64,000 nucleotides of DNA from Gemmatimonadota bacterium. GTDB taxonomy: Bacteria > Gemmatimonadota > Gemmatimonadetes > Gemmatimonadales > GWC2-71-9. The DNA lies in NCBI GenBank assembly GCA_039589615.1, contig JBDHHA010000005.1:4431-68430 (forward strand), given 5' to 3'. The notes below the pieces were generated by a model. That model saw only the letters and a list, made by a program, of their open reading frames with translations, ran no database searches and was not told where the DNA came from. This document shows, piece by piece, positions 28,507-35,573 of this stretch (position 1 is its first letter; every line of letters starts with the position of its first letter). The translations under genes and the position numbers were made by a program.

Positions 28507-31176
28507 CTATTCGGTGCGGAGTGCAACCATTGGATCGACACGCGTCGCCTTTCGTGCGGGCATCCAACACGCCACGACGGCGACTCCCGTCAGCAGCACC
28601 GCGACGCTCGCGAAGGTCAGCGGGTCCAGCGCATCCACCTGGAACAGCAGACTCGCCATCGTCCGGGTCACTCCAAACGCCACCACCAGGCCAACGGCCA
28701 CTGCCCCCAATGTCAGCGCCAAGCCCTTCCCCACCACGATCCGCAGCACTTCGCCGGGCGTCGCTCCCAGGGCAATGCGGAGTCCCAACTCATGGGTCCG
28801 CTGGGCGACGGCGTATGACATGACCCCGTAGATCCCCACGCAAGCCAGGATGAGGGCGACGGCGGCGAACCCGCCCAGCAGCCACATGTTGAACCGCCGC
28901 TGTGCGTACGTCGCACCGAGACGCTCGTCCATTGTCCGCACGTCGGACACTGGAAGTTGCGGATCGAGCGCCCAGAGCTGCCCTTGTACAGCCGGCACCA
29001 CACTCATGGGCTCCACGTCGGTGCGTACCACAAACGACATGAAGCCGTACAGGAACTGCTGGTGCGACCAGTAGATCTTGGATCGGGGTGCAGTCTCGAG
29101 GCCCATATGGCGCACATCCGCTACCACACCGATGACCTCGCCGTGCATCAGGCCGTTCCACGGCATCGTGATGGTCTTCCCCAGTGGACTCACGTTGGGC
29201 CAGAAACGGTCGGCCATGGATTTACTGATCACGATGGGGAACAACTCGGAGTCTGCTCGTTCACTGCCGTCGAACACGCGGCCCTGCAATACGGCGATGC
29301 CCATGGTCGAGAAAAAATCGTGGTGCACGGCGCGGACGTCGGCGGTGGGGCGGTCCGCAGGCGCCGGTATCGGCAGCTCATCCACGGTAAAACTGGTCGC
29401 CGCCCCCATTCCATCCAGGGGCAAGAAGTTGACCGCGCTTGCCGCCTGCACCTGGGGGAGTCCTTCGATGCGGTCGATCACCTCATTGAAGAAGAGCACT
29501 CGCTGCGTTGGGTTGGGATACCGGGATCCCGGAAGCTGGACTTCCAAGCTGAGCATCCGATCCGGCTCAAAACCCAGCTCCACGTCGAGCATGCGCTGGA
29601 AACTGCGGATCAACAGACCGGCGCCCACCAGGAGCACCAGCGCCAGGGAGATCTCGGCCACCACCAACAGCCCGCGGAGCCGATGACCGCCGGAACCCGT
29701 CGACGTCTTTCCTCCCACCTTCAGCGTCGACTGGACGTCGGGTTTGGACAGGTGCAACGCCGGCATGAGCCCGAACCCCAGGCCCGTGAGACCGGCAACG
29801 GCCAGTGTGAACCCCAACACCCTTCCGTTCAATGCGATCGCATCGAGCCGCGGGATATCGCTCGGCCCAAAGGTCACGAGTGCGCTCACAGCGCCAAAGG
29901 CAACGACGAGGCCCACCCCGAGGGCCACCGTCGTGAGCACGGCACTTTCCGTGAGGAGCTGCCGCATGAGGCGCCGGCGGCCGGCCCCGAGGGCAGAGCG
30001 GATGGCAATCTCTTTCCCCCGCACTGCGGCGCGCCCCAACAGCAAGTTGGCCACGTTGGCACATGCAATGAGGAGCACGACACCGACTGCTCCGAGCAGG
30101 ACCAGCAAGGCAGGTCGTATGCCGCCCGCCTCCTGCTCCTGCAGTGGAACGAGATTGATCCCCCAGCCGTCGTTGGCGGTGGGCCAGCGCTCTCGCAACT
30201 GCACCGCCAGGGCGTCCATGCCGGCCTGGGCCTGCAACACGGTGGTTCCAGGTCGCAGCCGGGCGACCGCGATGAGGAACCGGCCTGTCGACTCCCAGTC
30301 GGAGTTGGACAGCGGCGCCGGACTCCACATATCGGGCTCGCTGGGAAAGTCGAAGCCTTCGGGCATGACTCCGACGATCTGGTATGACGCATCCTGCAGG
30401 GTGATCGTTCGCCCCAGGACACCGGGGTCCCCACCGAATTGTCTCTGCCAGAATCCGAAATCCAGCACCACAACTCGGCTGTTGGCAGGATCCATCTCTT
30501 CGGGCATCAACACTCGACCCAGCAGCGGGCGAACGCCCAGAATCTCGAACAGATTTGTGGACACGAACCCGACGGACACGACTTGCGGGTCCCCCTCGCC
30601 GGTGAGGTTGCGGCCGCGCTCGAACATCGCCGCGATACCCGAAAAGACCTCGTTCTGCTCCTGCCAGGCACCGAAGTTCCGGGGGCTGATGACGTTTTGG
30701 GTTCTGTTGCGCGGCAGAAACTGCTCCCACACCATCACCAGCTCGTCAGGTGACTCGTACGGCGGCGGCGTGAGGAGGACGGCGTGCACCACGCTGAAGA
30801 TGGCGGTGTTCGCGCCGATGCCCAGCGCGAGGGTGCCGACGACGGTGGCTGTGAACCCCGGGGCTCGGGCCAGCGTCCGGACCGCGTAGCGTATGTCCCT
30901 CCCAAGCTGCTCCAACATGCTGCCCCGCCCTCCGTCTGACTGATTGCCCCTCCGTCGCCTTCTCACCGGTTGAGCACCCTGGCTGGTGTGCTCGACGAAG
31001 GCGTGTCTCAGGAGGTCGGGGACCTCCCGGGCCAAGAGAGCCAGTAGGGCCCAGGTGCCTCGGCCCGACCGGGTCCGGGTCCACCGGTCGGTGAGGACAG
31101 TGGCCATTTCTCCGGCGAACTCGCGGCGGAACGCCCGTGGGTAGAGACGCAGGAGAATCCGGAGCAGGAGAGTCAC
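28507..31176 (-). CDS. Duplicated MacB/FtsX-type permease without ATPase (ADOP-like orphan permease), copy 1
   Basis: 889 aa. The cytoplasmic N-terminus is LLRILLRLYPRAFRREFAGEM. Two halves follow, each with TM, large periplasmic domain and 3 TM (e.g. LIACANVANLLLGRA and ILACVGIYGVMSYAV). GTG 31176 abuts the PadR stop (TAAGTG). Confidence 0.8.
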   Translation of the reverse strand: MTLLLRILLRLYPRAFRREFAGEMATVLTDRWTRTRSGRGTWALLALLAREVPDLLRHAFVEHTSQGAQPVRRRRRGNQSDGGRGSMLEQLGRDIRYAVRTLARAPGFTATVVGTLALGIGANTAIFSVVHAVLLTPPPYESPDELVMVWEQFLPRNRTQNVISPRNFGAWQEQNEVFSGIAAMFERGRNLTGEGDPQVVSVGFVSTNLFEILGVRPLLGRVLMPEEMDPANSRVVVLDFGFWQRQFGGDPGVLGRTITLQDASYQIVGVMPEGFDFPSEPDMWSPAPLSNSDWESTGRFLIAVARLRPGTTVLQAQAGMDALAVQLRERWPTANDGWGINLVPLQEQEAGGIRPALLVLLGAVGVVLLIACANVANLLLGRAAVRGKEIAIRSALGAGRRRLMRQLLTESAVLTTVALGVGLVVAFGAVSALVTFGPSDIPRLDAIALNGRVLGFTLAVAGLTGLGFGLMPALHLSKPDVQSTLKVGGKTSTGSGGHRLRGLLVVAEISLALVLLVGAGLLIRSFQRMLDVELGFEPDRMLSLEVQLPGSRYPNPTQRVLFFNEVIDRIEGLPQVQAASAVNFLPLDGMGAATSFTVDELPIPAPADRPTADVRAVHHDFFSTMGIAVLQGRVFDGSERADSELFPIVISKSMADRFWPNVSPLGKTITMPWNGLMHGEVIGVVADVRHMGLETAPRSKIYWSHQQFLYGFMSFVVRTDVEPMSVVPAVQGQLWALDPQLPVSDVRTMDERLGATYAQRRFNMWLLGGFAAVALILACVGIYGVMSYAVAQRTHELGLRIALGATPGEVLRIVVGKGLALTLGAVAVGLVVAFGVTRTMASLLFQVDALDPLTFASVAVLLTGVAVVACWMPARKATRVDPMVALRTE

Positions 31177-31515
31177 TTAGAGGACACGCTTTTCCCTGGC
31201 CAGGCCAACCAGGGCATCCATTCTGGCCGCTTCGGCCCTGGCAACCCGTCCCCCGAGGGGCGTGAGGCGGTAATAGCGCCTCCGCTCATCGTCCATTGCG
31301 GGATCCGTACGAGACTCGGCCCGCTCCAGGAGCCCGGCGGCCAGCATCCGCTTGATCGCGGTGTAAAGCGTTCCAGTACCTAGCTTTACGGTCCCGTCGG
31401 AGCGCCGTTCGATCTCCTGGAGAATGGCGTAGCCGTGCATTTCACCATCTGCCAGGGCGAGGAGGATGTGAAAGACCGGCGCGGTCAGCGGCAGAAAATC
31501 AGTTGATTCACTCAT
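31177..31515 (-). CDS. PadR-family transcriptional regulator, copy 1
   Basis: ATG 31515 (GAGGAA upstream). It has the winged-helix core FHILLALADGEMHGYAILQEI...GTLYTAIKRMLAAGLLE...RRRYYRLT. Confidence 0.85.
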   Translation of the reverse strand: MSESTDFLPLTAPVFHILLALADGEMHGYAILQEIERRSDGTVKLGTGTLYTAIKRMLAAGLLERAESRTDPAMDDERRRYYRLTPLGGRVARAEAARMDALVGLAREKRVL

Positions 31516-31536
31516 GGTTCCTCGGACTATTACGTC

Positions 31537-31573
31537 GTGGTACAATATATAGTTTCACGATATATTGTGCCAC
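31537..31573. promoter_or_regulatory. 14-nt inverted repeat, candidate PadR operator overlapping an AT-rich promoter
   Basis: GTGGTACAATATAT-N9-ATATATTGTGCCAC pairs at 13 of 14 positions. It lies 22-58 nt upstream of the PadR ATG. TATATT on the minus strand resembles a -10 box. Confidence 0.45.
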
Positions 31574-31597
31574 GATTTAGTCCAAAGCCAAGCCGGC

Positions 31598-31625
31598 GTG
31601 GAAATACCGATCGGTGTGGAAATAC
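31598..31625. repeat. Direct repeat GTGGAAATAC x2 (18-nt period) upstream of the PadR promoter
   Basis: ggcGTGGAAATACcg at 31598-31607 and ggtGTGGAAATACgc at 31616-31625. Confidence 0.6.
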
Positions 31626-31635
31626 GCGGTGGGAA

Positions 31636-32010
31636 TTACTCCGAAGTGCCCAAAACCCGGGCCATGACCTCGACGACTTCGTCAACTGTAAAGGGCTTGG
31701 CGATGGTCTCGACGGCGCCCAAGTCCGTCATTTCTCCCAGGGCGCTGTCCTTGGACTTCCACCCTCCGCCGGACACGGCAACGACCTTCACGTCCGGATC
31801 GTCCGCCTTCAACCGGATCATCACCTCGACACCGTCCACCTCGGGCATGTACAGATCCACGAGCATGGCATCGCAGGGATCTTCGCGGTACTGCTCGAGC
31901 GCGACCCTTCCGTTTTCTGCCTCGGACACGTCGTGACCCATCCGCTCGAGGATCTTCCGGAGTGCGCTCCGCACCGATGCTTCGTCATCCACAACCATCA
32001 CTCGCGCCAT
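31636..32010 (-). CDS. Stand-alone response-regulator receiver (CheY-like)
   Basis: 124 aa with acidic pair VVDDEAS, phospho-acceptor context MLVDLYMPEVDG and conserved AKPF lysine. There is no output domain, and no histidine kinase occurs in the window. Confidence 0.85.
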   Translation of the reverse strand: MARVMVVDDEASVRSALRKILERMGHDVSEAENGRVALEQYREDPCDAMLVDLYMPEVDGVEVMIRLKADDPDVKVVAVSGGGWKSKDSALGEMTDLGAVETIAKPFTVDEVVEVMARVLGTSE

Positions 32011-32021
32011 CGACCGCTCCT

Positions 32022-32055
32022 CTTTTCGAAAAGACCCGCGGCTTCGAACGCGGGG
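32022..32055 (-). terminator. Terminator-like hairpin plus 12-nt palindrome immediately upstream of the receiver gene SD
   Basis: Minus RNA reads ccccgcg-uucgaagc-cgcggg-UCUUUUCGAAAAG-aggag-N6-AUG. CTTTTCGAAAAG (32022-32033) is a perfect palindrome. Confidence 0.35.
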
Positions 32056-32094
32056 ATTTGAAGGTGCTGTGCCAAGAAGGGATCGGTCAAGCTA

Positions 32095-32580
32095 TCACGA
32101 GAGGCTGTCGACGAACCCCAGAATTTCCATCGGGGACCCGGTCGAATCCGTGACCTCACACGTGTCCACCAGCTCGAAATCGCCCTCGAGGCCGGCAATG
32201 TACTGATCGACGTCAACCTCCGCCGCCTCCCCTACCCCGATTCTCATGACGCAGACCACACCGGCCTCCAGACCGACCGCAACCCCAGTCCATCCCCGCC
32301 TGTCGGCGTCCCGAACGGAGATGGTGATGAGCCGATTGTGGGGTTCGAAATCGAGCTCCTCGAGGCTGGTCGTGTAGGTCCGCTGCCGCTCGTGGTAGGC
32401 CTCTTGATCCAACACGAGCCCACGGAGTTCGCGTTCCAACGCGTCCTTGTTCACCTCATCGCCGTGGGAATCGCGTGGAGGCCCGAACGTTCGCCCGTTG
32501 ATGGTGGTGTATGACAACAGCCCCACCATCACCACGGCGACGAATCCACCCGCAATCGTCAACGCTCGTTCACGATTCAT
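32095..32580 (-). CDS. Hypothetical N-terminally anchored protein
   Basis: ATG 32580 with one TM (LTIAGGFVAVVMVGLLSYTTI). The segment LERELRGLVLDQEAYHERQRTYTTSLEELDFEP loosely recalls pilin-like globular domains, but there is no prepilin cleavage motif. Confidence 0.5.
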   Translation of the reverse strand: MNRERALTIAGGFVAVVMVGLLSYTTINGRTFGPPRDSHGDEVNKDALERELRGLVLDQEAYHERQRTYTTSLEELDFEPHNRLITISVRDADRRGWTGVAVGLEAGVVCVMRIGVGEAAEVDVDQYIAGLEGDFELVDTCEVTDSTGSPMEILGFVDSLS

Positions 32581-32671
32581 GGGACCTCCTGAATTGCGTG
32601 GCGCCCAGCCGGCCACCCTGCCTATACAACTTACAAGCCGCCGGGGATCCCGTCACGCTCTCACGATCGCA

Positions 32672-33115
32672 TCACCGTTGTGGTCGCCACTTGGGGCGGA
32701 CATTGGAACCGTCACGGTTCATGACGTGGAGTTCGCTACCGCGCGTAAAGAGGATCCGGGAGCCGTCCGGTGACCACGCCGCCCTCGCATCGTCGGATTC
32801 GCCGTTCTCGCTCAGGCGACGCTGGTTGCTCCCGTCGGCGTTCATAAGAAAGATCTGCCCACTGCCGAGTCCCGTCAGCTCCCGCCTGGATTCGAAGACG
32901 ATCATGTCTCCGTCGGGCGACCACTCGGCCCCGGTACTCATGCCGTCCGTCGTGAGCCGCCGCACCTCCCCGCTCTCGACGCTCACGACGTACACGTCAT
33001 CCCCATCTCCACCACGGCCCGAGAACAGGAGGGCCCGGCCATCGGTATCCGGCCCGGTCCCATCGCCGCACGCGGCGATGCTCAAAAGGATTCCGCACAT
33101 CAGTGGGCGACCCAT
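32672..33115 (-). CDS. Small lipoprotein with TolB-type (PD40) beta-propeller repeats
   Basis: Lipobox LLSIAAC. PD40-like repeats are present (AEWSPDGDMIVFES, IFLMNADGSNQRRL, AAWSPDGSRILFTR). At 147 aa it is too short for a full propeller. Confidence 0.6.
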   Translation of the reverse strand: MGRPLMCGILLSIAACGDGTGPDTDGRALLFSGRGGDGDDVYVVSVESGEVRRLTTDGMSTGAEWSPDGDMIVFESRRELTGLGSGQIFLMNADGSNQRRLSENGESDDARAAWSPDGSRILFTRGSELHVMNRDGSNVRPKWRPQR

Positions 33116-33282
33116 AGCGTCTCTCTCCTGTCAACGCCGTGTGCACGCGGCCGGCCGACGCACGTCGAGAACGGATCGGCTGTACCTGGAGTTCCGTATT
33201 TGTGTCCTCCCTCACTTGACGGATCCCCGAAAACTCCAATGTTGCGAGAGATTATTCCGAACCCGAAGGGAGCGCCTCCCCA

Positions 33283-33705
33283 ATGACCCCCCTCGCACTC
33301 ATCGCCCAAGCCCAGAGCCAGCCCTCTGCGTCGGCCATCCTCCAGAGCGTCATGCTCGGAATGCTCATCGTCTTCGTGGTTGCCGTGTTCGTCACCGGAT
33401 TCACCACGAAGAAGATCGACAACATCTCGGAGCCGACCTACGGGAAGGCTTTCCTGGCAACGTTCATGAAGAACATCCTCTTTTGGCCGGTCTTCATGAT
33501 CGGACTCACGCTCGAAGGCATGCCGGTGCTGGGGGCCTTTGCCCTCGCGGCGCTGGTCGTTCCCATGCTGGTGTACAAGATCGTGTACTCGTGCATGTGG
33601 CGAGAGGCGGCCGTGGTGTGGCTGGTGGTTTCCGTGGTCGAGTTCGGGCTCGGGTACGGCCTCACGTTCGTGGGCTTGGTGAGCTTCGAGGCGTTCGGCG
33701 CCTAA
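33283..33705 (+). CDS. Hypothetical 4-TM membrane protein
   Basis: 140 aa with AAGGGAG upstream. Four hydrophobic segments are visible. I do not recognise a family. Confidence 0.5.
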   Translation: MTPLALIAQAQSQPSASAILQSVMLGMLIVFVVAVFVTGFTTKKIDNISEPTYGKAFLATFMKNILFWPVFMIGLTLEGMPVLGAFALAALVVPMLVYKIVYSCMWREAAVVWLVVSVVEFGLGYGLTFVGLVSFEAFGA

Positions 33706-33724
33706 CGTGCCTCTCTAAAACACG

Positions 33725-33761
33725 GAGCGGGCGATGGCCACCACCGGCCATCCGCCCGCTC
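33725..33761. terminator. GC hairpin between convergent genes
   Basis: gagcgggcgatggcc-accacc-ggccatccgcccgctc, a 15-bp stem with a 1-nt bulge. Confidence 0.5.
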
Positions 33762-33781
33762 TTCGCTGCACGACGGCGACC

Positions 33782-34111
33782 TCAATCTCGGGCCGTGAAC
33801 TCTCCCGTCTCCTCAATCTCCACGGCAAAACCTTCATAGGTCTCGGGGATATCTCGCGTCAGCTCATCGGTCTTTCGTGTCACGTAGAGCTTGATACACG
33901 GTTGGCCTGCGCAGGCACCAATGGCCACTCCCACAATACCTGCCCGGGACATCATGCTGTCGGCGAATGCTTCATGTGCTTGTTCGATGGTCTTTTGAGC
34001 CACGGGTGTTGCCTCCTGATCCGACGGCGTAACTCTGGGTGCCTGGCGCCCACACGCTTCGACAATCGACATCACGCTCACTGCTACCACCAAAACCAGT
34101 CGGGCCCTCAT
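33782..34111 (-). CDS. Small lipoprotein homologous to the pro-region of the adjacent S1 protease
   Basis: Lipobox SIVEAC. GIVGVAIGACAGQPCIKLYVTRKTDELTRDIPETYEGFAVEIEETGEFTA aligns with AVVGTAVGLSNEGRPVVMVYLMDDRVEGVPVNVEGVPFFADVTGEFHA of the upstream protease. It starts 12 nt after the protease stop. Confidence 0.55.
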   Translation of the reverse strand: MRARLVLVVAVSVMSIVEACGRQAPRVTPSDQEATPVAQKTIEQAHEAFADSMMSRAGIVGVAIGACAGQPCIKLYVTRKTDELTRDIPETYEGFAVEIEETGEFTARD

Positions 34112-34123
34112 CCCACGAGCCTG

Positions 34124-35212
34124 TTAGTTGCCGTCAATCGTCACGCCCAAGCGCGCCAACACCTCGTCGATGGGATTGGCAATGGTCTGGAAGGAACTTC
34201 CGGCATACAGGAGGCCCACCGGCTTACCGTCGTCGGCTTTGTTCCTACCTTTGCCCTTGACGACGATCAGCGAACCCGAGTCACCGCCGGCACTGAAGCT
34301 GCCAGGCGTGATGACGATCTGATTCACGAAACGCGCGACGCCGGTACTGTACCCGATGAGGAGCGTCGCATTGATCCCACTGATCGTGCCTTCGGTTTGA
34401 CCCGTCGTCCGGCCGTACTTCAGGACCTTCGTGTTCAATGTCGGCGCAACCGTCGCCGATTTCGGGGTGCCGTACCCGTCACCTGGCGTGCTGTTGCCGA
34501 GATCCGCCGTCGTGGAAAGCGCAATGGCCGCATCAATGACGTTACTCGCGCTCGTGGAGAACACGATAGGCTCGAAAGCATGGAGTGTCCCGATGTCGTC
34601 CGCGGAACTGGAGCCCCCGTCGAACGTGCCGGGCTGAATCACGGCATCCATGAGCATTGCTTGATTCTCGTCCGCGTACACGTGGTTGTTGCTGAGTGCG
34701 AACACATTCGTCCCATCTGTCACGCGGGCGCCAATCGTGCCCGCCGTGATGCTGGGGTGGCCCGTGGAAACCCCGATTGGAACCGGCCGGTCGAATCTGG
34801 CCGTTCGGTCGATCGAGGGTTTCGGCTTCCCCCTCCCCCCCTTCGCTTGGCTCTGCCCCTGCAGAGCATGGAACTCGCCCGTCACGTCGGCGAAGAAAGG
34901 CACACCCTCGACGTTGACCGGCACCCCTTCGACGCGATCGTCCATCAGGTACACCATCACGACCGGTCGGCCCTCGTTGGAGAGCCCTACGGCCGTTCCC
35001 ACCACGGCATCCAGGGCCAACAGACCCTCGGTGTGTGCTTCCTGAACCCGGAGGGCATGGTCCAGGGCGGCCTGACTGACCACCGAAATGTTCGGGCCAA
35101 GGCCTTCGGGCGAGGTGAGATCGGCTGGGACGTCGGCACAGGCCGACAACAGCACGGCAGCCAGCAGCACGGCAGGCGATGAGCGGCGGAGACGAAAGGA
35201 ACATCGGCGCAT
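34124..35212 (-). CDS. Chymotrypsin-fold (S1, alpha-lytic-type) serine protease lipoprotein with N-terminal pro-region
   Basis: Lipobox LLSAC. Catalytic triad contexts are ALSNNHVYAD (His), VIDAAIAL (Asp) and SAGGDSGSLIV (Ser). Confidence 0.8.
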   Translation of the reverse strand: MRRCSFRLRRSSPAVLLAAVLLSACADVPADLTSPEGLGPNISVVSQAALDHALRVQEAHTEGLLALDAVVGTAVGLSNEGRPVVMVYLMDDRVEGVPVNVEGVPFFADVTGEFHALQGQSQAKGGRGKPKPSIDRTARFDRPVPIGVSTGHPSITAGTIGARVTDGTNVFALSNNHVYADENQAMLMDAVIQPGTFDGGSSSADDIGTLHAFEPIVFSTSASNVIDAAIALSTTADLGNSTPGDGYGTPKSATVAPTLNTKVLKYGRTTGQTEGTISGINATLLIGYSTGVARFVNQIVITPGSFSAGGDSGSLIVVKGKGRNKADDGKPVGLLYAGSSFQTIANPIDEVLARLGVTIDGN

Positions 35213-35573
35213 GAGAGGCTCTCCCCTGTTGGAGGGACGGCGTTTGTCGGGATATATGGGCGGCCCGGAGCGGGCGTTTGCTCGGCGATGGACCGGGCAC
35301 TTTCAGACCGATAACACGTGGAGGGAGTGGCCCGGCACTTTTGTGAACTTTCGTTAAGATAGCATAGAGGCCGGCCCGCTGCACGGCTGGACCTCTAAGC
35401 CCTTCTTGTACAACGACTTCCCCCTACGCCCCCACCGTCTCGAGCTGCAGGGGATTCACGCTTGCAGGCCTATTAACGGCGCTTGTGCTTGCGGGAACAC
35501 TGACCCGCCCATGCTTGTATCCCCACTACATTACGCAGGTCACCAACAACTCCCGGATCGCGGTGGGTGAGAC

